In this document: positions 14,501 through 27,058 of the stretch, one piece after another
How positions within the stretch are numbered: the first letter of the stretch is position 1
How the letters are laid out: the number at the start of each line of letters is the position of its first letter
Notes under the pieces: generated by a model
Told to the model about the DNA's origin: nothing
The model's database searches: none
The model's input: the letters and a program-made list of their open reading frames with translations, nothing else
Made by a program: the position numbers and the translations under genes
Source of the DNA: Flaccisagitta enflata
Taxonomy: Eukaryota
Assembly (NCBI GenBank): GCA_965153355.1
Contig: OZ231126.1
Coordinates: 31,620,001-31,684,000, forward strand
DNA length: 64,000 nt
Direction: 5' to 3'

Positions 14501-15244
14501 AGGGGTTAATTTTCAGACATCCGTCCATCTGTCTATCCTTCTGTCCATCTGTCCAGTGTCCACCTGTCTGCCCAACCATCACCCCAAAGACCCTCAGGGC
14601 CTCAAATCAGCACTCTCAGGCCTGATTTTTGCCCTCAAAGCCCTTGAGTTAGCCTATTTTAATTCTCAATTTGGCCATAAAGACCTAAAATCAGCTCTCC
14701 AGACCTCAAATCTGCCCTCCAGATCTAAAATCAGCTCTCCAGGCCTCAAATATGCCCTTTCAGCTACAAACATGCCCCCACCCCCCGACCTCAAATTAGC
14801 TCTATAGGTTAATATTTTTTTCACAGACATTTTCTGGGAAAATCTGAAATTGACAGTAATAACTATCAACTCATTACTTATGAGGATTCCAAAACTGGTC
14901 CCAGAATTTTGATTATCCGCGTTATTTTTGACCTCACGTGAGGTCAGATTGGGGTCACTTGTGACCTTTGACCCCAATTTTGACCCACTTAAAATGAGAA
15001 ATGAAAAAAAAGAAGAGTACTTTTTTGAGAGGAATCCAAATCTGTAATCAGATTTTAATTTTGAAAACTTTGAAATTTTGACCCCTGTGGGGGATCATAC
15101 TTTGACCCCCTGACCTTTGACCCCCTTGGACTTACACTTCCCGAACATTTTTTGACAAAACAAACATGTAGCATTGAAGCTCATGGACAGTACTTGAGAA
15201 TGGTACAACGGAGAAATGACATTTATCCCATAGTCAGTGGCCTA
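11578..15244. mobile_element. 3.7-kb non-autonomous foldback transposon with ~800-bp inverted arms and a 7-bp TSD
   Basis: 11615-12397 is the near-identical reverse complement of 14444-15218. Tips TAGGCCCCTGAC / GTCAGTGGCCTA. CTATAAC flanks both sides (11571-11577, 15245-15251). Confidence 0.85.
13345..13885 (-). mobile_element. Family-B HINE-like element
   Basis: GGGCAGCGGCCCC-type subTIRs, hairpin cagcccaagggcag, and central ~20-bp repeats ggcccaaatccaagcaaaat in both orientations. Confidence 0.65.
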
Positions 15245-15348
15245 CTATAACAAAACTTTTTACACGACAACCTTGGCCGCATGTGAGTGGAAATGGGATT
15301 TGACGTTTCCACGTCCATGTACGTTGATGGCAAACTAGTAGATTTTTT

Positions 15349-16543
15349 CGACTAGCTCCTCACACTACCAGCCAAAACACGGAATGAGTTGAGGTAGAAT
15401 AATCGTCTCTCACTTTGATAGTTTTTGGGTCATTGTTGTGTGTACAATATAAATCTAAAGGGAACTAAATCACTTTTGGGGCGGTTTTTGAAATATATGC
15501 AAAAATGACGTAAATTTAATACATTTTTCATCATAAATCTTTCTTGTGATGTTTTCTGGTATATTTGACTGCAGATTTGGATTCAGCGAGTGCTTTGCGG
15601 TTTGTTTGATGTGTCACACTATATAGTTTTGAAAAAGAAATGAAAAGTTAATTTTTTTATCATATTGCTATAAAATACATTTATTATCAATGATTTTATA
15701 AAAGAATAAGCTTTTACTTCTTTTTCAAAAGTATATAGTGTGACACATTTTTTACAAAAGTATGTATGACAAAAATCACTATTTTTATACAGTTTATAAG
15801 TAAAAACTACAAATTAGTTTCTATTGGGACACCAAATCTATCGGACACTAGTTAAGAGGTGATAGTCCTACAAAATCTAGCTCCCCTATGACGCTGCTTT
15901 TGAAACGTACATAGGCTATGGACCCCCCAAGACTTTCTCCCTATCCATCTATAACTAGGCCCCTGACTAGCTCCTCACACTACCAGCCAAAACACGGAAT
16001 GAGTTGAGGTAGAATAATCGTCTCTCACTTTGATAGTTTTTGGGTCATTGTTGTGTGTACAATATAAATCTAAAGGGAACATTTTTCATCATAAATCTTT
16101 TTTGTGATGTTTTCTGGTATTTTTGACTGCAGATTTGGATTCAGCGAGTGCTTTGCGGTTTGTTTGATGTGTCACACTATATAGTTTTGAAAAAGAAATG
16201 AAAAGTTAATTTTTTTATCATATTGCTATAAAATTCATTTATTATCAATGCTTTTATAAAAGAATAAGCTTTTACTTCTTTTTCAAAAGTATATAGTGTG
16301 ACATATCAAACAAACCGCAAGCCACCCACTGAATCCAAATCTGGGGTCAAAAATACTAAAATGAATCATCACAAAGAGTTATGATGAAAAATGCATTAAA
16401 TCTGTACTATTTTTGTATATATTTCAAATGCGCCCCAAGAATGATTTAGTTCTTTTCAGATTTGTATTATACACACCACAAGGACTCAAAACCTATCAGA
16501 GTTGTAGACGATCATTTCAGGTCAACTCATTCCGTGTTCTGGC
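15349..16543. mobile_element. Palindromic MITE-like element with internal duplication and templated insertion
   Basis: aacacggaatgagttga...gtgtcacac left arm versus gtgtgacatatc...tcaactcattccgtgtt right arm. The left arm is present twice (15349-15747, 15965-16300). Confidence 0.8.
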
Positions 16544-16760
16544 GGACAGTGCTCAGTCACCAACAGCAGTGAAGTTGTCAAATGAATTGCCGACGCGTTG
16601 GTCACTCGATGGCATGGATTAAGTAAGTGGATTAGGTGGGATTTCTGCGGGATTGATTGTTCTTTTTCTCTGTCTTTCCCATTGAAAAAAAAACGCAATT
16701 GTATAGGGGAGTAAAACAATTCCAGAAAAGAAACATTCAAACTTGCTTATTGCCCTTTTT

Positions 16761-17316
16761 GGGCAGCGGCCCCGAAGGGGACAAAGTCTTGTAGAACACA
16801 GGGGGAATCTGTCCGTCCGTACGTACATACCTACGTACGTACATCTGTCCGTACGTCCACCCCCCCCCCTGCCCCATCCTCAGGGCTTCGTCTCCTTTGG
16901 GCCCAAATCCAAGCAAAATGACCCAAATCCAGGCAAAATAGGCCAAATCCAGGCAAAATAGCCCAAATCTAGGCAAATTTGGCCAAATCTGGTTAGAAAA
17001 CCTTAATTCTGGCCTGATTTCTATCATTTTAGCCCCTTTAACTTAGATTCTGGCTTCTAAAACCTACATCCTAACATTAGAGACCCAGATCCTGACCTCT
17101 GGGACCCAGATCCTGACCTCCAAGACCTAGGTTTTAGCCTCAGAGACCCAAATCCTGAATTCAGAGACTCAATATCTGGCCTCTGAGACCAACAAACTGG
17201 TCTCTGAGACCCAGATTCTGGCCTCCGAAACCCGGATCCTGGCCTGCTCCTCCCTCAACTTAACCTACAAACTATTCAAGAAGGGCAAGGGTACCATTGT
17301 CCATATACTGCCTTTT
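16761..17316 (+). mobile_element. Family-B HINE-like element
   Basis: ttttt|gggcagcggccccgaagggga..tagaacacagggg start, (GTCC/GTAC)n tract, 20-21-bp central repeats, degenerate 3' tail aagggcaagggtacc..ccatatactgcc. Confidence 0.65.
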
Positions 17317-17588
17317 GTCATATCTGCATGGTATTCAATGAAAATTTGAATAACAGGGCATCCTTGACTACGCCGAATCAGGAACACCCAATTTTTGATT
17401 TCAACAATGGGCTAAATTTGTTGATTCTTGTTATATCAACACCCCCTGAAAATTTCAGGGTCCTAAATGAACGCGACCAAAAAGCATATTGGATTTGAAA
17501 TTCTCTAAAATAATGCAAATGCGGTAAATTCACTTTTCATGGTCATTTTATTTTTGTTACTCGTTGCAATCTTGGTTTGAAGATCAAA

Positions 17589-18816
17589 TCAATAAATGAG
17601 TGAATGCATGAATTCGTTTTTTGAAAACAAAAAACTAACAATTTTCATCTTTTCAAGTGAAGGCCACGATTTAACCATGGTAGGTCGTAATATAGCTCGA
17701 CGCAGTTTTGACCTTTCTCTTCTTTGCTCCATCACGGTTTTGTACAGGTACTGTTGACAACAGTGTTGTTGCTGTTCGTCTTTGGTAATAAGCTGGACGC
17801 AGTGTTTGGCTACCGCGTTTGTGACATGGCAGTTTACCGCAAATTGGCAAAGGCGCTGGAACTGTTCGTCAGTTTCCCATTCTTTGAGTTCTTTTGAAAG
17901 GAAAAGCGGGTCGATGTTGAGAAGTTGAAACAGCAATCGTGTTTGCGGACCAGAGGCGAGATCTTTTAGCTGGGTATGTTCGTCAATTGGGACAACTGGC
18001 TTCAGAGGCGCTGGTGAGAGAAATTCATTAGATGTTGCTGCGAGGGATTGGGCAATGATCTTTTTTTCCGCCTGGGTCAAATTGTATGAAATCAGCGTAA
18101 GGAATGAGAACTCGGGTGAAAGGAACTGGTGATGTCTTTTGAAGGTATTTTTGACAGCATCGACAAGACGGCCGTCAAATTTGTCAATAGTGTGAAACTT
18201 TTTTGAGTTAACGCCGGAAATGAAAGTTGTTTACTTGAAGGTCCAATGAACACGTTCATTAGACCTAAGTTGCGTGCGTCAGCATTTTCAAAAAAAGCCA
18301 GGCAGACAGACAGACATGACTTTTTTTTTTCAAAACGACAGTTAAAATAGTTTTTTACTACTCCAAGCTTTTTATCTACTACTCAAAAACAAGAAAAACT
18401 CAATAAAAATCCTTTAAAACAACTTTGTGACCAACCGACAGACCAACAAACCAAAAAGTGGCTTATAGAGTCGCGTAGCACGCGACTGAAAACCAACGCT
18501 TTGACGATATGGAACAAGGACAACTTGGAACTTGCAAAATTGATGTAGTTTCTGCACATACTCCTCTGGATAACCCCTTTGCTCGCAATACCGTGGCATC
18601 TTCGGAACATAGAGTCCACTTTGGGCAAGGCACGTTTCTGATACTGCTACTGGGCAAAGGGAATCCATGAATGTGAAGCACAAGTTCCGCCAGTTCCCGC
18701 CGATCGCTTCTTGCTTTAGGATCTCGCATCATGTAGTAACAGCTCTCTCTGAGTTCATCCAAAGCTTCATTCATGAAGTCATTGTCGTAGTTGATTCTGA
18801 GTGGCGGAACCGCCAC
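17589..18816 (-). pseudogene. Transposase remnant (uncharacterised DDE-type family, tentatively Sola2-like), interrupted by a HINE
   Basis: Fragments RSDRRELAELVLHIHG, FKRHHQFLSPEFSFLTL and LFQLLNIDPLFL...W...VTNAVAKHCVQLITKDE echo the recalled RDDY.ELLEL / HLWYLS.ELV.LALF / VVND.AERGVKL motif order of a widespread invertebrate transposase family. Frames are broken; family name is from recall only. Confidence 0.6.
18293..18492 (-). mobile_element. Family-A HINE-like insertion inside the transposase remnant
   Basis: Ends ttatagagtcgcgtagcacgcgactgaaaa; (GACA/GACC)n tract. Confidence 0.6.
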
Positions 18817-19197
18817 GCGATCAATTTTCTTTCACCTTGTCCGGAAGCTTTTGAATTCCCCCTTTGTCGGGGATTTTGTTGCCCCGAAGATGAATTTAAA
18901 AGCAGGTTTCTCTAACAAGTCGACGGTGTGTAAACGGGGATACTATCAACATAACCGTAAAGGGAACTAACTCTTACGGACAAAATTAAACATTGGTTTT
19001 ATGCTGATGTTAGGTTAGTTTGAAATGCCTTGATATCTTGGCTATCATTGTCAACATTAGCATAAACGTTAATTCCTTAGGACTGGTATCGTTGTTACAA
19101 AAGCGCGTCATGGTCGCCATGGTATTTGTCTTGTTCAGTCATAGTCGGCATTGATAAAGATAGAGACTGCAGTTTAGCCATTGTTATTGTTGTTGTT

Positions 19198-19245
<48 letters not shown>

Positions 19246-19651
19246 ATTGTTGTAGTTATCGTTATTGTTGTAGTTATTGGTTTTGTTATTGTTTTTTGTT
19301 TTTTTGCTGCTTGTGGAAAAAGTGATGAAAAAATCCGTTTTTGTGACCTAATTGTACAAAATTTCTGCCCCAAAAGCACAACTGAGTCGTGATAATTTAT
19401 AGATAGTCAGCCCATTTCAAATTTCATGCCGCTACACAGGTTTCTCACGGGTCTATATCGAGATAATGCATAAAAATGCAAAAATACGCCTTTTACCGCT
19501 TTTTAAATACTCCAAGGTCCATATGCTTTTTGGTTTCGGTTATTTATCATCCTGAAATTTTCAGGGCACATTATACTAATGAAGTTCAACATTTCTAGCC
19601 CATTGTAGCTACTGTGGAATGAAAAAAAGTGTTCTTGAATCGGCGTAATCC

Positions 19652-19871
19652 TGGACAGAAGGAAAGCAGGTAGAGGGACGAACGGATGGACGGACAGACG
19701 GACGGACAGACGGATGGACAGACAGACGGTCAGACGGACGGACAGATTCCCCCTGTGTTCTACAGGACTTTGTCCCCTTCGGGGCCGCTGCCCTGCTCCC
19801 TCTCAACTTAAATCACTCACTACTCAAGCAGGGCACGGGTAACGCTGACCACTTACTGCCTTTGGGCTGCT
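19652..19871 (+). mobile_element. Family-B element, 3' half (similar piece at 6620-6905)
   Basis: (GGAC)n, cccctgtgttctacaggac..ccccttcggggccgctgccc, and tail aagcagggcacgggta.cgctgaccac.tactgcctttgggc. Confidence 0.7.
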
Positions 19872-20210
19872 ATTTCCTTTGATATAGGGCCTCTTTTTGT
19901 CACCAAAAATGAGGAAATATTAGACGCTGAGAAGGTTTCTTTTCTTGCCGAAAGAACTTGTGTAAAACTGAAAACTGCACTATACAAATGATGATTGAAT
20001 TCATTAGGCCAGCTACAATTAGTTTCATTCACCCCCACACAGTGGGCCTTAACTAGGTATGAGTTTAAAAAAATCCCTAATGGTAGTGACTTGTATGAGT
20101 ACGTACAATTTATAGTGGAGAATTGATGTAAATCTTTAAAAAAAAATTTTTGCAAAAATTGTTAAAGGGTATCAATCTTTTTTTTATATCTACTAATATA
20201 TCTCAAAGAT

Positions 20211-20451
20211 ATATCAGTTTCAAAATTCTGACTCAAGATTCACATTCTTGGTGAAATTTCCAATCATTTGATAGGTCACACTATGTACTTTCATGAAAAA
20301 ATAAGATTTTCATATTTCAGGCCAGCGTTGCTTTCTTTGGCATAGAAAATGAAAATCTTTTTTTTTTCATGAAAGTATATAGTGTGACCTATCAAATGCT
20401 TGGAAATTTCACCAAGAATGTGAATCTTGAGTTAGAATTTTGAAACTGATA
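20211..20451. repeat. 240-bp palindrome inside the Transib-like element
   Basis: atatcagtttcaaaattct...gataggtcacactat / atagtgtgacctatc...agaattttgaaactgatat. Confidence 0.85.
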
Positions 20452-20453
20452 TA

Positions 20454-21183
20454 CAGGGTGTTTCACATCAAACAGGACAAAATAAAACAATGTATTTCTG
20501 CTTCTTAATGTGCAAAATCATTTCTGAAAACTGTTTCAAAGAGATAACTTCAGACAATTTTTGAATGATACAGACTTTTGCTAGCCATGGTTGACATAAA
20601 CCCTTGGCAAAACCATAATACAAGGTTTCTCTTCAGATTTTCCATGCCATATCCAAACATAGATGACAAAAAATGGTCAGAAATGGTTGTCAGTTTAGCT
20701 AGGACAATAAAGATTGGGATTTCCTCATGACTTTTATCAATATTGTATCATTCACCATAGTTATTCAATGTTTTGTCAATACACATGAATTTTTCTTTTG
20801 GCGAATCATGCAAAAAAGTCTCTAGACCCAACCGGTAATCCGATGAATTCGCCTCGAATCCTTCGCCTCGGAATTCAGCGCCTGGATTCCTCCGCCTTGG
20901 AATCCAGCGCCGCACCGATCCCACCGCCTCTGGAAGAATTCGCCCCCCTAGTTCTATCTATCAAAAAAACAAGAGGGAAAGAAGCAAGTGGACGAGTGAT
21001 GATGAAGATGAAACATAAAAAAAAAGAAAGAAAGAAAGAAAGAAAGATAAGGAAAGAAGGAAAGAAATAAAGTAAGAAAGAATAATGATGGTGATGATGA
21101 TGAGGATGTTGATTATGATGATGATGGTAAGAGATAACGACAAGTGCAGTATGCCATTCCAATCCATTCGATCGATGCATCAC

Positions 21184-21268
<85 letters not shown>

Positions 21269-21730
21269 CTAGAGATTCCTCAAGTGAGGAATGCATCCAA
21301 TCAGAGCAAGCAGGGGAGGAGGGGAAGAGGAAAAGAAAGGCGCGAAATGTCATTGTCGTTATTGTAATCGTTGTTGTTGTCGTCTGGGTGAGTCTGGGTA
21401 AAACTGGTTTGGACTGGTTAGGACTGCTGCATGTGAGCGTGAGGCTGTCTGATGTGAGGGAGTAGAAACTAGCAAATATGTTGACATCCAGATGGTTATT
21501 TTAAAGATGCTTGTCAAAACATAACAAATCAAGCAAAAACTCGAAGTGAAAACCATACCTTGCTTTGAACAATACAAAAGGATTCAATTTTTTTGATGAG
21601 CCTTTGACAAGTTACAGATAAAACAATCGTTTTTCAAGAGCTTTCTGAATCTGTTTGCAAAATCATTCTACTATTTCTAGAAGCTGGGATACATCGTTTT
21701 CTTTGGTCCTGTTTAACATGGTACTCCCTG
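20454..21730. mobile_element. Tc1/mariner-like MITE nested in the Transib-like element
   Basis: TA|CAGGGTG..aaacaggacaaaataaaacaatgtat versus atacatcgttttctttggtcctgttt..CCCTG|TA. Confidence 0.7.
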
Positions 21731-22721
21731 TATTCTTGCAAAATTTTTCAAGGGAAATTTTTTATTAAGGATTTACATCAATTCTCTACTATAAATTATA
21801 CCTATTCATACAAGTCACTACCATTGGGGATTTTTTTAAACTCATACCCAGTTAAGGCCCACTGTGCCCAAAATTGCTGCAGAAGATTTTCTCAAAATGA
21901 CACACTTGCAGAAAGTTTCGAAAGCTAGTACAAAAACCAAAAATCAGGTATATTCAAATCGGCACTCGATGATTGAGAACCGATATTGCCGCTCTCTTTT
22001 TTTTTTTTCCTTTTTTTTTTCTTTTGCTCCCAATTCTGTGAACCTTCCATTGAATTCTATGGTAGTTTGAGGGGGTGGTGGAGATAAATGTGGGCAGTTC
22101 ACAGAGTAAGATATGGACAGGAGGGATACAACCTCATTTGTGAATTCCATTCAGTGTTACGTTTCCTTGACTATTAACGTTCACTATCAAACATTTCTAC
22201 CTCATCATCTTCATCATCTCGGTACTCCCTGTATTCTTGCAAAATTTTTCAAGGGAAATTTTTTATTAAGGATTTACATCAATTCTCTACTATAAATTAT
22301 ACCTATTCATACAAGTCACTACCATTGGGGATTTTTTTAAACTCATACCCAGTTAAGGCCCACTGTGCCCAAAATTGCTGCAGAAGATTTTCTCAAAATG
22401 ACACACTTGCAGAAAGTTTCGAAAGCTAGTACAAAAACCAAAAATCAGGTATATTCAAATCGGCACTCGATGATTGAGAACCGATATTGCCGCTCTCTTT
22501 TTTTTTTTTTCCTTTTTTTTTTCTTTTGCTCCCAATTCTGTGAACCTTCCATTGAATTCTATGGTAGTTTGAGGGGGTGGTGGAGATAAATGTGGGCAGT
22601 TCACAGAGTAAGATATGGACAGGAGGGATACAACCTCATTTGTGAATTCCATTCAGTGTTTCGTTTCCTTGACTATTAACGTTCACTATCAAACATTTCT
22701 ACCTCATCATCTTCATCATCT
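21720..22721 (+). repeat. Near-perfect ~501-bp tandem duplication
   Basis: 21720-22220 is repeated at 22221-22721, differing in poly-T length and a substitution (gtgttacg/gtgtttcg). Confidence 0.95.
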
Positions 22722-22835
22722 CGAATGTCGAACATTTAGCAGTTTAAAGTTAAAACTTAAAAAGTAGTAAATTGAGATATGTGTAGATAAGACTTTCCAA
22801 TTTCTAACAGTCTACTTCACGATGGGAGATTCAGG

Positions 22836-22920
<85 letters not shown>

Positions 22921-23028
22921 TTGTGAAAGGCAGTAAAAAGCGTCCATTTCCGGACCGGTAATTTAAACACGCGATTTTATTTTTGAGAATGCATTTTTAA
23001 GGCCAGTTGTATCCAGTATACTAGTAAA

Positions 23029-23555
23029 CAGTCAGTGGACAAAACAAAATAGGTAGAGAGCTCACTCTGTTAGCTTTGATCCAACCCACCGTTATTAAAC
23101 AGTAGGCTGTAAACGAGAACTGGTTGTGAAAATTATAGCCGGCTGTTATCTTACAAAGTTGGCAAAAATCCAACCTAAATAGAATAGAACATGACTAGCA
23201 TATTCATAATCCTGATGAAATTCTAAGAAGTTTGACATGTTACACTTAACACTTTTTATAAGAAATAATCTTTTAACATTGCATAATAACTTTATTAAAC
23301 ATTGATAAAATTTTTTTATTTTCATATAAAAGCATATGTTGTGACATATCAAACATGTCAGAATTTCACCAGGACTATGAATTTGCAGGTCTCATTCTAT
23401 TTGGTGAAAGTTGGATTTTTGCCGACATTGCAGCATGACAGCCGGCTGTAATTTTTACAACCAGTTGTTGTTTACAGCCTGCTGTTTGATAACAGTAGTT
23501 TGGATCAAAGCCAACAGATTAAGCTCTCTACCTATTTTGTTTTGTCCACTGACTG
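23029..23555. mobile_element. Tc1-like MITE with ~120-bp TIRs
   Basis: CAGTCAGTGGACAAAACAAAATAGGTAGAGAGCT...AGCTCTCTACCTATTTTGTTTTGTCCACTGACTG|TA. Confidence 0.8.
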
Positions 23556-25145
23556 TAAAAAAAGCCGGGTACCAGACCAGTGTTCGCTTGCGGAGTGTCA
23601 GGGGTAGTAATGCGTGTAGGCACCGACGTTGAAATGCTCAGAAATCGCATTTTCAGCTGGTTCTATGCCTTCAAAATTGTTACTGAACCTTCGCATGGAC
23701 GGACAGACCTTCGGACGCATGGACTCGCAGACATGTTCTTTTAAGTTTTATAGAGTCGCTTAACGAACGACTAAAATTGTCTACGGTTGGGCTGAATTGA
23801 ATTCACCATCTCGAATGCAATCCCTCACATACGGTCACAGCGCAGTCCTTCAAGAATTTTAATGAAATAGCAAGTTACTGAACAAAGCTAGCAATTTTGA
23901 GGGCAAAGTACAAAGTTTTGGCCAAGAAAGCGTTGGCATTGTATTGGCTACACTGCACAGTGAATCTTAGGAACAGAGTGGGCAATGGGCATACTTGAGA
24001 ATGGTACGAGCAATTAATGCTTAGTAGATTCACTTGTTGTTGATAAATGGAGAGCTGTATCAGAAGGAGAACCGTCTCTTTATATATAATTAGTTAAAAT
24101 TAATTATAATTATAATTAGTTATAATTAGTGTATAATTAATTACTGACAGAGATTGGACTCAGAAAAATGGAAAAGCATTCAAGGCCTTAAATCACTAGA
24201 CGTTACCGTTCCTGACCTTCTTGGTAGTCTGGTATTCTGGAATGAAAGCGCCCTTTTATGTCTTCAAATGGGTCGATGACTTTTCGTCGGTTTCCATGAA
24301 CAAAGTCTGTCTGTTATCTCCGAATAAACGAAATACTCAAACTCGCTAATTATGGTTGGGGATACCTGTTCTCATCCTTTTAACCAATAACCACAATGCA
24401 ACTGAATAGTATCAGTACTTAATATCGATGAACTTCGCTTCCTCATAAAAATCCGCCTTCCAGTTCTCACTATAAATCAAAATATATCATTTTTTCCTGA
24501 TGCTAAGAAAACGATATTTGATCACTAACTCATGGAACGATGAATATTCGTGTCTCATTCAATGAACTAAGTTTGTTTAAATTTTTTGAATTAACTCGTC
24601 ACTCTCAAATCGTTAAGAAAATTCACGTTCTTGTCAATTCAAAGTCGACAAACCATCCTTTACTCATATACGTCATCAACGGGAAAATATACAACTCGAT
24701 AATCGAGTTTAAATTGTCTTTAATTCCTGAGATGTGACGTCATTTTTGAAAATGTCAAGTGGAAAAAAAAATTCGCGAAGACGGAAGAGGATTGATTTCA
24801 AGTGATGAATCGAGCAAAAAAATCCACTGAAAAATGACATGTACAAACCATTAATGAATTGTAGATGTGCGCGGTGACCCCTTTGCAACCAAACAGTTGG
24901 ACGCAAAGAAGTTTGTCAGTCCGTTAGCCTGTCCGACGGTCTGTGAAGCTCTAAGTCAAGGTTCTTTCCACTTTTGACAATTTAGGATAAGAATAAAACT
25001 GTTCAACTTCAAGGACGACCATGAAGATCAATCAGTGTGCCCGACAGTCCGTTAATACGAGCGCTATAGACGAAGACAGGCCGAGAGAGAGCAGGTCATA
25101 GCTGCTCATGAATGTATTCTGACTCACCTAAAAAGTTGTATTAGT

Positions 25146-25938
25146 GAGATTTACAGTTACCCTGCTTTCAAAGTCAAGTGTTACCAGTAAAACCTTTATT
25201 GTGCATTAAGTATTCATTTTTAGAAAATCCGGTTGCTTCTGTCTGAAAGCACATAACCTACCATTAATTGATGCAAAATTTCATCATGTTGGGTCTGGCA
25301 GTTTATCGTCCTCATGTTTTTGAAATTGAATAAAATATGAGCAAAATTTGCCAAAAAAAAACACATTTTTGAGCGATTTTTCATCTATGAACCCTTATAA
25401 AGTTTGCACATTATGAGCTGGAATGACCAAATAAGTCTTGTGTAATCAATGATTAACACTTTCTATGCATCATTTTAGTTTTTCACCATTTTATAAGAAA
25501 TTTTGGCGCTGAAATACTGTTGTTGTTATTTGAAATCTGCTCAAACTTCAAAAAATCAAAGGAAAACCCAGATTTTCCTCATAGATTTCAATGATTTGGT
25601 CTTTTTCTACAGAGATACGTGAACTGAGACTAATATCCTCCTTTCAAGACAAATCTGGCCATTTTTGCTTGATTCGTTAAGAAATGACAATGACTTTAAG
25701 TCACAGTGTCAGTTCATCTATTTTTATAAGATCCTCTCATGGGGTTTATCTCATTTTCATTCAAAATCATGTGGAAGCCAAACGGCTTGAGCCAGTCCTC
25801 CAAAATTTTGCATGAACAAATGGTAGGTTATATGCTTTTTAGCAAATTCAATCTGAATTTCCAAAAATAAATACTTCAGATGCAATAAAGGTTTTGCTGG
25901 TAACACTCGATTTTGAAAGCAGGGTTGCTGAGATAGCT
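25146..25938. mobile_element. Old MITE-like element with ~170-bp inverted arms
   Basis: accctgctttcaaa..gtgttaccag.aaaacctttattg versus caataaaggttttgctggtaacac..ttttgaaagcagggt. Confidence 0.65.
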
Positions 25939-26179
25939 CCTCAGACCTAATGTTATCCATCTAACACGTGCAGTCGTGCACGGAGCCTGCGACTATGTTT
26001 TATTAGGAGTTATAGCCAAATAAAAAAAACCTTCTACTTTGTTAAAAAGATTTACTTTTGATGATAAAATGCTAGAAAGGGAAATGAGCAAAAATATGAT
26101 TTTTACATTCGATGACCCAAACTTTGACCGTGTTTAAATCATTTCGAGCAAATTCCCGCCTGTCGTCGTGCTCCGACGA

Positions 26180-26585
26180 TATCAGTTGAGGTTTCTGCCT
26201 ATCCATTTATCTTACTATCCTTGTTTCTTTCAAACTGTCTATCCCACTGTTGCACTTCCAGCCTGTTTCATACTCACGTTATCACTTGAGGTTTCTGTCT
26301 ATCCATTTATCTGACTATCCTTGTTTCTTTTAAACTCTCTATCCCACTGTTTCATTTCCTGTATATCGTCATGCTCAAGTTATCAGTTGAGGTTTCTGTC
26401 TATCCTTTGCTTTTACCGTCTTTTCATTCTTTTGTCTGTTGTACTGTCCAGTGTCTACCCCGCTGTTACACTTCCTGCCTGTCATGCTCACATTATCAGT
26501 TGAGGTTTCTGTCTATCCTTTACTCTTACTGTCTTTTTGTCCTTTCGTCTATCGTATTGTCTTGTGTCTATCCCGCTGTCGAACT
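26180..26585 (+). repeat. Degenerate minisatellite, ~100-110-bp unit, 4 copies
   Basis: tatca(g/c)ttgaggtttctg(t/c)ctatcc at ~26180, 26280, 26381 and 26494. Confidence 0.85.
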
Positions 26586-26855
26586 GTTTATCCTTTTTAG
26601 TTAAAGCAGGATCTGTTAACCAGGGGTTTTCTAACATTGTAGAAGCCTGAATAATTTTTTATTGCCCATTACGGTCTAAGGAGGGGCACCATTACAGACG
26701 CTGTTATGCAGGCGCCTTTTTTTAATTCAGTCAGTATGTCTGTCTGTCTGCTTGTCTGTCTTGCTGCGCTGTATGTGTGTCAACTTTCAGTTAATCTTTC
26801 TAGTATCTTCCCGTCCATCTGTCCTCTTTCTCCATGTTTATTTCTATCAGTCTCA

Positions 26856-27058
<203 letters not shown>

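Larger units (their letters stand above)
17365..19651 (-). mobile_element. Decayed DNA transposon with ~130-bp inverted repeats
   Basis: 17365-17492 (tacgccgaatcaggaacac..acaatgggcta..cctgaaaatttcagg..accaaaaagcata) is inverted relative to 19518-19650 and encloses transposase fragments. Confidence 0.7.
20038..21866. mobile_element. Transib-like non-autonomous element with ~110-bp TIRs
   Basis: CACAGTGGGCCTTAACT...AGTTAAGGCCCACTGTG termini; 5-bp near-TSD cccca/cccaa. Confidence 0.75.

Noticed and set aside
11794..14977. Paired ORFs 11794-12186 (+) and 14666-14977 (-)
   Set aside because: They lie in the two inverted arms of the foldback element and show no recognisable protein.
21864..22652. 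Duplicated small ORFs MPKIAAEDF / MEFTNEVV as gene pairs
   Set aside because: Identity is explained by the 501-bp duplication, and the poly-T length difference shifts the frame.
26180..26585. CRISPR-like repeat-spacer appearance (also 10737-11092 and 50250-50600)
   Set aside because: The spacers are homologous to each other, there are no cas genes, and the context is eukaryotic. These are ordinary tandem repeats.
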